Below are positions 31,001 through 38,246 of a DNA stretch of 64,000 nt, piece by piece. Source of the stretch: Bacteroidetes bacterium 2013_40CM_41_45 (GTDB lineage Bacteria > Bacteroidota > Bacteroidia > AKYH767-A > 2013-40CM-41-45); contig NGFH01000002.1 of assembly GCA_002215675.1 (NCBI GenBank), positions 76,975-140,974 of the forward strand, written 5' to 3'. A program made the position numbers and the translations under genes. The notes beneath the pieces are model-generated. The model saw only the letters and a list, made by a program, of their open reading frames with translations. It was not told the origin of the DNA and did no database searches. Position 1 is the stretch's first letter. Every line of letters starts with the position of its first letter.

Positions 31001-32785
31001 ATTGAGAAGATTTAAGTCCATGTACCAAGTATAGATATATGGAGTGTGAAAATTTGAACTCTCTACGTTTAGCAGTGCTTGATTTATTTGAATACTGTTG
31101 GTGGAAGTATTATATGTTACTGTACCCGGAATTATTGCCGCTCTGCATGGAAAAAATGCGTAATTATTAAAACCTAATGCATGAAGACTGCTCCAATAGG
31201 GACTTTGCATAACTAAATTTTTCCAATAATTATCTACATTTACTCTGAATGAAGCGCTCCAAAATTCTTTTAAATATAAATCCGCCCAAAACATCCTATT
31301 AGCCATCTCCGAATTTCGAAAAGGTTGTGCAGCTACCCCTTCCACCACTGTCGGACCACCAGTATAATAGGTTGACCAACTTGTTGGTTGAATACTAATA
31401 TGTTGTTCATAAAACGGAGTGACCAATGCCTGCTTGAAGATTTTTTTCTGAGTTTCTGATTCCGCATTTAGGTTAATGACAGCATCACCTGGTTGGGCAG
31501 GAAAAGCATGAAACATAAATTCCAAATCATTTGTACTTTGATTTATGTTCACTCCATACATCTCAATCTTTTTATAATTACCCGGTGGAATTGTAAACTG
31601 ATTTGAAACACCGGGCTGCCAGCTAACAGTTAAAACATAATCATCACACGCATTAAATTGCGAGGAGTTGTTTGGATAAACCTTGATGTACCATATTGTT
31701 GAAAGGCTCAAGGGCTGATTTTTAATAATCACTTCATTAGTGTCACCGCCACGATAACTGCCGGCAAGTGCTGGCTGACTATTTCCTTGCAGACCATATA
31801 ATTCCATGTCATAGTTAGCGGGTAAGCTATTCAAATTAACAGATAAAACTCCGGGGCCATCAATTCCTACTGCGTACCAGTCCTGATCACTTCCAGTAGA
31901 AATATAAGAATGTATTGTTGCAATTTGTGGTGTATTAAAAAGCGGGATTTGAAAAGCAAGATGAGAGGTTTGATATAAATTATTGGGCTCATAATTATCC
32001 AAACAATTTGAATTGAAATGAGTTATACAAATACCCGTGTAAAAAGCATTAAGAATTTGGTCATATGTGTAATTATTCGGTGCATTTGCAAAATCCCTTG
32101 CCCCATATTGACATAATCCAACCCCGTGCCCATAAATATATCCAGGATTTCCAGTTGTCGATATTTGAACATTACAACATGGGTTTTCACCGCTTATGTT
32201 ACAATTTACATGTCCACTACATTGTCTACTTTGAAGATATGGAATTGTGCCGCTAGAAAAATTACAATCTAAGGGCCCATTAGTATGGAATGTTCCCATT
32301 CCATAACTTTGGGTATAATCCCCATTACATCTTGATGCATATTTTGCATCAATAACATTTCCATTATACAAAATTATCTGTCCTGAAGTAGATGCAGCAG
32401 CAGTTGAACAGATAGTACTAACAGAAGAATCAAACGCTTGTCCACAATTAACAGGTTTACCTTGATTATATCTATTCTGCGAAAAAGTACGGGCAGCTAT
32501 TGCCTGTGCCTTTTTTGCTTCAAGCGCTCCAGAGAAAAAGCCTATTTCTCCCTGAACGACCCCAGCAATGTAATCATCGAAATTTATTAATATACAGTTT
32601 GGCCCGTTGCAAGAGTTACCGTTACATGCATTATTTAAACATCCCCCATTATAACCATTGATCAAATGATAAACGCATACTTGAGTTGGTACGTTATTAT
32701 AATTACAGGATTGAGGGTAGCAATTATAAGCGAAAGAAAGATTAAAAAGTAATAAATATGCTTTTCTTAACATCTTATGGGTCAA
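22067..32785 (-). CDS. Giant T9SS-secreted protein: SpoIID/LytB domain + PPC + unknown domain + Ig/CARDB repeats + CTD
   Basis: YIAGVVQGEI, EAKKAQAIAARTF and GHGVGLCQYGA (SpoIID); DNYEPNN...DQDWY (PPC); PDL...DP...ESNDxNN (CARDB); WxSNxDGxLG Ig repeats; IYPNP...PGIYYI CTD. Confidence 0.88.
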   Translation of the reverse strand: MTHKMLRKAYLLLFNLSFAYNCYPQSCNYNNVPTQVCVYHLINGYNGGCLNNACNGNSCNGPNCILINFDDYIAGVVQGEIGFFSGALEAKKAQAIAARTFSQNRYNQGKPVNCGQAFDSSVSTICSTAAASTSGQIILYNGNVIDAKYASRCNGDYTQSYGMGTFHTNGPLDCNFSSGTIPYLQSRQCSGHVNCNISGENPCCNVQISTTGNPGYIYGHGVGLCQYGARDFANAPNNYTYDQILNAFYTGICITHFNSNCLDNYEPNNLYQTSHLAFQIPLFNTPQIATIHSYISTGSDQDWYAVGIDGPGVLSVNLNSLPANYDMELYGLQGNSQPALAGSYRGGDTNEVIIKNQPLSLSTIWYIKVYPNNSSQFNACDDYVLTVSWQPGVSNQFTIPPGNYKKIEMYGVNINQSTNDLEFMFHAFPAQPGDAVINLNAESETQKKIFKQALVTPFYEQHISIQPTSWSTYYTGGPTVVEGVAAQPFRNSEMANRMFWADLYLKEFWSASFRVNVDNYWKNLVMQSPYWSSLHALGFNNYAFFPCRAAIIPGTVTYNTSTNSIQINQALLNVESSNFHTPYIYTWYMDLNLLNQNETNDLNNRLNTFDNWITGQLTSREPAVRNLLNNHSAFSQIRQIYTTIALAKQYKAWNHPNKPFSYLFDSHDMTGITDIPVTNQTINSFWHSCFTLSNVFTTTVSSTDFNGANRNTTYGGCVMSNINPIDSGSYSSTQILRDSIVFQDKSYVSQDSTVYFYGGTLDYPIADLIGIILPQTTNRILSDTIQIDATIYNFGNKNAQQFPVRLYEQYTNSQSQLQNILLSQQIINNIDSFSSQNVSFTWTPLTYGNKKLILTIDEGNQVVEKKETNNIAIDSLLIENNIPLVTVVSPANGSAIANQNVTFSGFAYDPHDGYLSNNNLSWASNIDGVLGNGSYLTIASITTGNHTITFTGTNSHGQTASAYINLYVFPQGYPVVIINSPLTGDTLPNNTGIFFSGNALDLNDGSLCGSASWGSNIDSMLGIGCNINRQLSLGNQTISLTAQNTSGHSATASRQITVLNGVPQVAITAPSANSTFYQHQLVTCQATATDYPQGNISGVVHWYSNLQGYLGTGQSISVMMQPGSHIITASVQDNAGSTDTATISINIIFTPPVPVISQPLSNQTFNYHDTINLIGHATDLQDGALHGTNLKWYSTINGFLGFGDTLQISSLTYGYHIISLKAIDSNGADSTVVSNNIFIDAGIPVCTITQPANGANFFFGNSITLSGTATDPQDGIISGSNLQWHSDADGFLGTGSSIVTNSLIAGNQTITLSTTDQDGFTGSAAVNFYIEPPHQPVVSIYFPFNNNHFAHGDTVALKANATDYEEGVLPNHRISWSSNIDGSLGTGGQLPINTLSVGNHTISVIALDTLGASTSAQISITINDGKPVASILSPMPNSIFAQGDTVNLLGQGIDYEDGILGQSNLSWYSSNNSLLGSGSYLSLTALSTGIHEIKLVATDSFGNTDTTNLFFIYQPYMYFLSDTFSNGLSSQTFIYPLGGGNSIAYISLPSVSSVTQATAKITGLPLSTIYTDTIQGISYVTSNIISSFSNPALNTPRGNYRFVRATTADSVMSSTPYDCITEKNVFRRGETVYHWLYFDNLATNFLGWRWENYDSDNFFNWWLEDSISNASTFAWYKAWTWGSEIDKGRFYTKYFSKDIVGGNFTYETTNYYTVSYFVKDTVYNSTFPDAASITLCKDVSSYLPTSPGVTTFSGISDTTAFCWVSLNDIAESLQLKWEWLKPDNTLYSQVTTTTPDPGNNAWYGSLKAWSWINIANNVPASIPGIWKVNFYIKNNTSGLWELITLKTFTISQPSYQQVYPLGPKIDVADNGIYEWVYSGVYQYNQTTPDFATELNNYISVNSTGQGPILIPVKLYSSSAGQLKLDSLSINYYIIDTIRPILSAVVTPFNVLQNGNFNVNATVTDNDIISSVECTYQNNTFSLNNTSGNNFSVMVNAGTSVGLFPIRVIAMDRSGLTSDTILYVNVYSSTPDLEIQNNGIIISPSELFISDTVHLSAIVKNNSNQTIANADVALVIDGVPFQTQTVTLGALSQAQLNFNWLAQLGQDTIGVKADPLDVIAESDENNNTGIRYIVVHDSYPPSILQASATPNPAHVSNPVFFQVNTIDSTGISSVIVNWQSQNVLLTYNSFTTFYEGYINANTVGTSNAVITAYDVNSLSSSTTISIQVLQNLPDLKVFNSDFLFVPSSSGSGSNVLIQAKVRNSGSIDLNNVNVILRVDGFNIGNQSANILHDSSLVFSFPWQVVCGSHLFNVVIDSANSILETNEANNSVSVNHQFCVPVPTYLLNAQAIPAVVSLGSPTNVQLVSAPATTNASVTVLWNNLNTLMPFSSLDSAYSVQIYPTQTGNYSLPVLFTDSNGFQSAAFVQFTVVDSLPDLAVNTISTNYSVLPNSNAAFSLVVSNYSISSVSNVVVYLLSDSQIVDSIVINSMDAFDTIPLVLHWQSLVGTHQLMAVIDPQNQIAESNDLNNSNSIQVTVQDNEPPVIHFIHTSSPNYEGGIVNVESYITDNDSIISVVANYQSSNYTMQFDSSSATWRVALNTPTNGTYTIGITATDNSLLTAYASTAIEVHDTLPDLEVLAQNIIYTHVDSITNTVSAIVQNNGAGSANGVKIHFVINSYVIDSLILNFSAGQIDTVIFTFNYPVGYHIVTISVDPFGQITESNDTNNSASRNIFIPDLIPPSSPVVTVNPSSWSASPNFIVSWNQVFDNSGSVTYEYSVNGNPWINVGTNLSVNLTVNIEGISYVYVRAKDSFGNLSQPGVGEMKYDNTPPNAPLIAEYHCGTLWTTHDSPYLAWLNPGDVGSGIDFFEVEINNQAPINIGFNFSHHPTLTTGTHHIKVRDIDFVGNIGSWSNEITVYIDLDNPPCPLLISPTHPNQNQWNQNDSIALNWVDPVDTSTVVGYYFMLNHDSAYQVNQTGFSVNSDTLIITTIPAMDTSNTRLSDGIWYIHIVSQDSVGHLSDVTCSYKVMIDKTPPLTISNNVDTTNSCNYTFSLSAYDYYSGVSETRYRINNGNWISDTTVTVTNAGLNVIEFYSLDSAGNVEMIDTTIVFVQNGLSLNLGNDTTVCGSIQLTSPIANTYHWSDSSTSQTIQIDSSAVVILEITDSLGCHVADSISILINAPPNAIAGSNSAICVGTTLNLTASGGTFYSWIGPNSYTSSVQNPAIPTVTLADTGIYSVTVIDSNGCSAAVITIVTINPNPVVTAGNNNIICEGVVLNLISNGATSYSWTGPNSYTSSLQNPIITNITLADSGTYTVTGTDNNGCIAIAQVTVTVNPTPVTTVSPNVTYCSGQSTLLTAAGANTYTWSPATALSAPSGVSVTANPTTTTTYTVIGNALGCTATAQVTVSVNLSPILLPLIHINDTIIISPVTSSDTIQWYYQSSPTPGTDDTLLCVGDGYYYGIVTNSFGCSTISDSININPCTVGINELNGLNTISIYPNPTEGIFTVEIKSNNKDKRSLKIFDVIGSIVSEQKDLKNETKHEVDLREKAPGIYYIEINIGKKSVTKKIVKM

Positions 32786-32798
32786 AATTCAGGAAAAA

Positions 32799-33338
32799 TT
32801 AGTGGATATCTTTTTCCATATCCTTTGCTCTTTCTATTTCAATTTTTTCTTTTTGCTTCATTCCCTTTTTATCAAGTAAAATTAATTCCTCTTTTGATAA
32901 AAAGAGTTTTTTAATTTCAAAACTTGAGGTAGATGTTTCATCAGCATTAACTAATACAAACATATTTATCATACCTTCATACCCTTCAAGGGCAGTAGTT
33001 ACCATAAAATAATTAGGATTAATTCCTACCGGGACATTTATAGTGTACTCTCCATTAATATTCGTTTTGACCTCTAACTTCAAATCAATAACTTCTTTCA
33101 TAGATCGAATACTCTTGGCTCCGCTCGGGAGAATATCTACAATTCTTTTATATACCTTAATTTGAACACCTGTGATAGGTTTCTCGGTGATATAATCTAT
33201 AACTCTTCCTGTAATAGTTCCATACTGAGTTTTTGATTCTTGATTATTTTGAGCTTGAACACTGAATAAAAGCGTGCCAATACTCGCAGCTAGAAATAAA
33301 ATTATTTTTAATCTAGATGTCTTTTTTTTCATTTCCAT
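32799..33338 (-). CDS. Secreted carboxypeptidase-regulatory-like domain protein
   Basis: Signal peptide; GTITGRVID...KPITGVQI...TNINGEYTI pattern; lies 13 nt upstream of the giant gene. Confidence 0.75.
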   Translation of the reverse strand: MEMKKKTSRLKIILFLAASIGTLLFSVQAQNNQESKTQYGTITGRVIDYITEKPITGVQIKVYKRIVDILPSGAKSIRSMKEVIDLKLEVKTNINGEYTINVPVGINPNYFMVTTALEGYEGMINMFVLVNADETSTSSFEIKKLFLSKEELILLDKKGMKQKEKIEIERAKDMEKDIH

Positions 33339-33607
33339 TTTACACTTGAAGTAAAATTTAGTCGAGACAGGTAATAAAAAATATTTACAGAATCATTCTC
33401 GCCAAATAACATTTCATCCATCTTGCCGGTAAATGGTTTAGAACATTCTCCTACAATAATACAAAATTTCTGAGCACTAACCCTTCAACATCCTCACATT
33501 AAAATAAATTATCAGGTTTTATTATACAGGATAACACCTTGCATTGCAAGTATGTTTTACGTCTTGGTGAATACTGCCGTCCGCACTTACTTTTCCCCAC
33601 CCTTGAC

Positions 33608-33636
33608 TTGCAATTAAATTCAATGTATGGTATACT
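33608..33636 (+). promoter_or_regulatory. Canonical sigma70-type promoter (TTGCAA-17-TATACT, extended TG)
   Basis: -35-like hexamer at 33608-33613 and -10 at 33631-33636; not the Bacteroidota consensus. Confidence 0.5.
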
Positions 33637-33664
33637 ATACCAGTAGGATTATCAATTAAATATT

Positions 33665-33858
33665 ACCCATTGTCCCGAGAGGATCGGGCCGAAAAGGCTT
33701 GATGCAAGCAATGGCTTTTGAAGATTGCATATTCCACTCTGAAGTGTAGTATGTAGTTGTTGTACGCCTTACTGCGGACAACGCCCCCGACGGGGGAAGG
33801 AAGGTACCTTCGGGTATTATTCGCCAAAAGCCCACTTGACTTGCATCAGTGGGCTATT
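33665..33858 (+). ncRNA. Highly structured leader upstream of the integrase
   Basis: Multiple stems, a C(UUCG)G hairpin at 33804-33817, and a final GCCCAC/GTGGGC hairpin before the ATG. Confidence 0.55.
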
Positions 33859-33864
33859 TGGTTT

Positions 33865-34794
33865 ATGAAATTAAGTGAAGCAATAGAAAAATTTTCAAAG
33901 TGGCGAACATTTAAGGTTAAGAAATGTACTGTCAAAGGGTACGAGCTTATCCTGAAACAATTCTGCGTATTTGTCCGCAACTGTGATATTGAAAGAGTAC
34001 GACTGGAAGATGTTACATCTTGGTTCAGTCTTTTGAACGATCTTCAGTGGCAGCACAATTCATTCATCACAAAGGCGCAGGCGCTCAGAAAGTTTTTCGA
34101 ATTCTACAAGATGCAGGGTTATTTGGTCCTTGAACCGAACCTTATTCCTCTTCCATCGAAGGAGTACAACATTCCCCGTGTTGCTTCAGAAGAAAATTAT
34201 CGCAAATTATTATCAGCATTTCCTGTTAAAACGAACGACCCAAGGCACATAAGAAATAGGGCAATCGTAATGCTTTTATGGGATACCGGAGCGCGAAACA
34301 GTGAAATTCTTGCGCTTGATGTAAATGATATGGATACAGAGAAAATGCATGCAGTTATAAAGACAGAAAAATCCAAAGGCCGCAGGCCATTCCGGGAAAT
34401 TTTTTGGACTGAAGAAACTAACAAAGCTTTGCTTGCCTGGATTACTAAAAGAGAATTTTTAAAGAAAACAAAAATGCAGCATATGGATGAATGTTTGTTT
34501 CCCTCTATCTGTTCTTCAGCAGGACTAAATTTAAGCGGAAGAAGATTAACCAATAAAGGTGTCGCGGAGTTTTTAAGACGATATTCGAACCGTGCCGGTA
34601 TTCCTTATATAAATGCACACAGTTTCCGCCATCACATGGGTCACGATATTATTTCCCAAGGAGGAAGCGCAGCAGATGTGATGAATATACTTGGTCACGC
34701 TACGCTTGCCAGTTCTTCGATTTATACAATGATGACTGGAAAAGAATTGGAGAATCGCTACAACATATTTAAAAACAGAAAATCGTCTGTGTAA
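33865..34794 (+). CDS. Tyrosine recombinase/integrase (XerC/D-like; probable start MKLSEAI at 33865)
   Basis: DTGARNSE (Arg), HSFRH, LGH, and catalytic Tyr in SSIY. Confidence 0.9.
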   Translation: MKLSEAIEKFSKWRTFKVKKCTVKGYELILKQFCVFVRNCDIERVRLEDVTSWFSLLNDLQWQHNSFITKAQALRKFFEFYKMQGYLVLEPNLIPLPSKEYNIPRVASEENYRKLLSAFPVKTNDPRHIRNRAIVMLLWDTGARNSEILALDVNDMDTEKMHAVIKTEKSKGRRPFREIFWTEETNKALLAWITKREFLKKTKMQHMDECLFPSICSSAGLNLSGRRLTNKGVAEFLRRYSNRAGIPYINAHSFRHHMGHDIISQGGSAADVMNILGHATLASSSIYTMMTGKELENRYNIFKNRKSSV

Positions 34795-35110
34795 AGTTGC
34801 TTTCTAATAACCGCTTGCTATACTTTGAGGGCTATTTGCAAACTCAATACTTCATCTGTCATAATTAACAGATGATTTTAAAAAAGGTTTTGTGCGGCTC
34901 ACCCATGAAATATAAGCGCTGTCATGGGAAGTAGGGAATAGATGATGCCACATAAAACCTTTGTAACCAAAGGTTTTTTTGTTTGTGCATAGCGGCCTGT
35001 GGACTTCATAGAATGGTTGGCATTATCCCGAATTACAAGCGGGATCGTTCCGAAGCTAATTCGGGATTGATGCGAGAGGTGCCATTGTAAAAGCTCTGGC
35101 TTCAGCCAGG

Positions 35111-35119
35111 TTATCCACA
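35111..35119 (+). promoter_or_regulatory. Perfect DnaA-box sequence TTATCCACA
   Basis: Single exact 9-mer in a hairpin-rich intergenic region; may be chance. Confidence 0.3.
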
Positions 35120-35174
35120 GACCGCTCCGCATAAAGGAGCAGGTCGAATTAATATTTAATACAAAATTTTACTT

Positions 35175-35375
35175 ATGTTAATTTATGACATCTGCGTGCG
35201 AAGGAATTACGAGAAGGAGGGGGAAAAAAAAGTCATTTGGTATAAAGTCGGGTTTTTAAAGGTGGCAGAAACCGGTAAGAAATATATCCGCCTCTTTCAG
35301 CAGCCCAATACGGACTTTTTTGTTTTTGAAAATAAGGAGAAACAGGAAGAAACTACAGAGGAAAAACAGTCATGA
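35175..35375 (+). CDS. Small phage-type protein (possible ssDNA-binding)
   Basis: YEKEGEKKVIWYKVG pattern with acidic tail; overlaps the next start (ATGA). Confidence 0.65.
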   Translation: MLIYDICVRRNYEKEGEKKVIWYKVGFLKVAETGKKYIRLFQQPNTDFFVFENKEKQEETTEEKQS

Positions 35376-35710
35376 GCATAGGGACTACATCTGTCCCCAA
35401 TGCTCTTTTTGATTTGCACCTTAGGAGTTTAAAACTGGCGGAAATAAAAGTCCTGTTGGTGATATATCAAATGTTAAATGTAGGCGATAAGACTGCCCTA
35501 CAATGTAATTGGCTTTCAGGTAAGCAAATGCAAGCTAAAACAGGAAGTTCAAGACGAGCTATTTCTTCCGCCATTGAAATGCTTGTCCAAAAAGGACTTA
35601 TTGAAGTAATCGACAGACAGGGAAATATTCTAAGAGAACCGGTGAGAAGAAAAGGCAAGACAAAATTACTCTTCCGGCTCTCTCCCTTTCTGTCACAGAA
35701 GGGAGAATGA
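35372..35710 (+). CDS. Winged-HTH protein resembling a phage replication initiator N-terminus
   Basis: VPNALFD...EIKVLLVI...WLSGKQMQAKTGSSRRAISSAIEMLVQKGLI. Confidence 0.7.
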   Translation: MSIGTTSVPNALFDLHLRSLKLAEIKVLLVIYQMLNVGDKTALQCNWLSGKQMQAKTGSSRRAISSAIEMLVQKGLIEVIDRQGNILREPVRRKGKTKLLFRLSPFLSQKGE

Positions 35711-35805
35711 AAGAATACATTATCAATTCTAATTAAAATAAACATGCAAGATTCAAAACATGAAATCTCAGTTGAAGAAATTAGAAGCTGTTGGAATGAA
35801 AGAAA

Positions 35806-36801
35806 ATGATTCTCCGAAAACACTTGAACAAAGTGATTTGTGGAGATGCACTTGAAACGTTAAAAAAATTTCCATCGGCTTCCATTGACTGTGCCATATT
35901 CTCGCCACCGTATTGGCAAATGCGCGATTACCGGTGGAAAGGACAATGGGGGCAGGAGAAGTCATTTGAAGAGTACCTAGAACGATTATGGCGCTTTATG
36001 GACGAATTAAAACGGGTTTTAAAGGCACGGGGTACGGTCTGGGTTAATATAGGTGACACCTATGGCAAACTGCCCGCTAAAACTCTGCTCCTGCTTCCGC
36101 ACCGCTTCGCTGTCGGTTGTCAGGAGCGTGGGTGGCTAATCCGCAACGATATTGTTTGGGCAAAACCGAACGGCATGCCGGAGAGCGTCAAAGACCGCTT
36201 CTCCAAAAAGCATGAGTATATCTTCTTCCTAACCAAAAGCAAAAAATACTACTTCGATTTGGACAGCGTAAGAGAGCAGCACAAAACTGCTTCCTTTGAA
36301 CGGTTGCAGCGAGGAGTTTCCGAAAATAAGGGTGGAGGCGGTCAATCTGTACACAGTATTTCGCAGCCGCGTCCGCATCTCACTAAGATTATAAAGTTAG
36401 ATGCGGAACATTATGGCTCACCGCGGGCAAGATACCATCGTGGTGATGGCACCGTGCGCTCCTTACATCCTAAAGGCAAGAACCCGGGTGATGTCTCAGA
36501 CTTTTGGAGTATCTCCACGAAGCCGAACTTCCAAAAGCATTTTGCTTCCTATAACTACGAGCTCATCAATAAACCCATTCTTGCCGGCTGTCCTAAGGAT
36601 GGAATCGTTCTCGATCCGTTCTGCGGCATAGCTACAACTGGAGTCAGAGCAATTGAACTCGGCAGAAAATTCATCGGCATTGAAGGCAAGAAGTCGTATT
36701 GCAAAATGGCGATGAAAAATATTGCGGCGGCAGAAAATTATCAGTTAAACAAACATAACTATGAACGAAAACACATTTCCATTTACAAAAGAACAGCTTG
36801 A
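35806..36801 (+). CDS. Site-specific N4-C/N6-A DNA methyltransferase (beta class)
   Basis: SPPY catalytic motif precedes the VLDPFCGIATT SAM-binding motif. Confidence 0.92.
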   Translation: MILRKHLNKVICGDALETLKKFPSASIDCAIFSPPYWQMRDYRWKGQWGQEKSFEEYLERLWRFMDELKRVLKARGTVWVNIGDTYGKLPAKTLLLLPHRFAVGCQERGWLIRNDIVWAKPNGMPESVKDRFSKKHEYIFFLTKSKKYYFDLDSVREQHKTASFERLQRGVSENKGGGGQSVHSISQPRPHLTKIIKLDAEHYGSPRARYHRGDGTVRSLHPKGKNPGDVSDFWSISTKPNFQKHFASYNYELINKPILAGCPKDGIVLDPFCGIATTGVRAIELGRKFIGIEGKKSYCKMAMKNIAAAENYQLNKHNYERKHISIYKRTA

Positions 36802-37045
36802 ACGATTCAGAAACGAAATAGATGAAGCTGGGAGTTTTGAGAAATTAATGATTAAGAAAAGAGCCCTAGTTCGAAGGGACGGACAGAAATGTATCGCTTA
36901 CTACTACGATATGGAAAGATACAAAAGAATACACTTAAACGGAGTTTATGAATCGCTCCATCCCATGTACGAAACCGTCATGCCTTACGTTTTCTGGAGC
37001 GATATGTACGAGATATTACAACAGAGCGAAGCTAAAAAAATATGA
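36761..37045 (+). CDS. Hypothetical protein
   Basis: 94 aa, overlaps both neighbours in an operon-like arrangement. Confidence 0.6.
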   Translation: MNENTFPFTKEQLERFRNEIDEAGSFEKLMIKKRALVRRDGQKCIAYYYDMERYKRIHLNGVYESLHPMYETVMPYVFWSDMYEILQQSEAKKI

Positions 37046-37833
37046 GGACACCACTAACCTATTTCGGTGGTAAACAAAAACTTGCAAAGCATATTCTTCC
37101 TTTAATTCCAAAACATAACCTATACTGTGAACCTTTTTTCGGAGGCGGTGCAATTTTCTTTGCCAAACAGCCGTCAGAAATTGAGGTTGTCAATGATATC
37201 AACGGAGATCTGATTAATTTCTACTTTGTAATGAAAAATGATTTTAAGAAGTTACAGAAAGAAATTAAGGTAACGCTTCACAGCAGAGAATATCATCATA
37301 TAGCAAAAATAGTTTTGGGTTATCCACAGTTATTCAATAACGTAAAGCGTGCTTGGGCTATATGGGTACTTGCTAATGAAAGCTATTCTTCCCGGCTTGA
37401 TTCAGATTGGGGATATGATAGGAAAAAAAATACATCTGCAAAGCGCTTGCAACACAAAAGAGAAGATTTCTCCGATGATTATGCGAAGCGTCTTGAACAA
37501 ACCGAGATTGAAAACACGGATGCGCTTAAAGTCATTGAAACAAGGGATAGCAAACAGAGTTTTTTCTACTGTGACCCGCCTTATTTCAATGCAAGCCGGG
37601 GGCATTACATTAAATACTCAGAACAAGATTTTGAAAACCTGCTGAAGTTGCTCGCAACGATTAAAGGAAAATTTCTTTTGAGTTCCTATCCCTCCGAATT
37701 GCTCAACAAATATTCAAAGAAGAACCACTGGCATACGAGGGAAATCGATATGTCGCTTGATATTACTGCGAAGTTCAATACCGGGAAGAGGAAAAAGGAG
37801 ACCCTGACGTCTAATTACAACCTTAATCTTTGA
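37042..37833 (+). CDS. Dam-like (D12 class) DNA adenine methyltransferase
   Basis: YFGGK, EPFFGGGAI, NDIN and YCDPPY motifs. Confidence 0.92.
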   Translation: MRTPLTYFGGKQKLAKHILPLIPKHNLYCEPFFGGGAIFFAKQPSEIEVVNDINGDLINFYFVMKNDFKKLQKEIKVTLHSREYHHIAKIVLGYPQLFNNVKRAWAIWVLANESYSSRLDSDWGYDRKKNTSAKRLQHKREDFSDDYAKRLEQTEIENTDALKVIETRDSKQSFFYCDPPYFNASRGHYIKYSEQDFENLLKLLATIKGKFLLSSYPSELLNKYSKKNHWHTREIDMSLDITAKFNTGKRKKETLTSNYNLNL

Positions 37834-37885
37834 TAAGTTTGTGAAAAACTGATAAAGTTCTATTTTTGTAGAAAATAAAATAACT

Positions 37886-38227
37886 ATGTCATTATCGATT
37901 ACAGACCTTGATGAGTTCCATCAATATTTTAATGGAGTTATGAGCCGAACTGCTCATCACGCACCGAATGTGGATGAAATTATTTTTACAATTGTCGGAG
38001 GTGTTCTTTGGAAAGCAACTCACAATATAAAAGTCAGAGAACAAGACGGAGAAACAAAAAATATACTTTGGTTCAATGTCGGTGATAAACGTTATACATT
38101 AAGGTATGAACATGGCAATGGTGGAAGTATAGAACTTCTGTCAGGTACGTTACAAGGATCATTTGTGGCGCGTTTTGATAATCAAACAACTCTATCGGCT
38201 GTCCGGCAAGTATTTTCCACCCTTTAA
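37886..38227 (+). CDS. VCH_CASS14-family (integron-cassette-type) protein
   Basis: YFNGVMSRTAHHAPNV...KNILWF...FDNQT closely resembles the recalled Vibrio cassette protein pattern GVMxRAxHHAxNV. Confidence 0.75.
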   Translation: MSLSITDLDEFHQYFNGVMSRTAHHAPNVDEIIFTIVGGVLWKATHNIKVREQDGETKNILWFNVGDKRYTLRYEHGNGGSIELLSGTLQGSFVARFDNQTTLSAVRQVFSTL

Positions 38228-38246
38228 ATCTTAATACACTATATCA

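Noticed and set aside
31121-31130. TGTACCCGGA matching the tRNA 3' junction as a distal att site
   Set aside because: Only 10 bp and inside an intact long CDS; consistent with chance.
33591-33605. TTCCCCAC similarity to the arm-type repeats at 57974
   Set aside because: Short single match with no adjacent tRNA fragment; insufficient to call an island boundary.
35806-37833. Complete restriction-modification system
   Set aside because: No endonuclease motif in neighbouring ORFs; treated as orphan methyltransferases.
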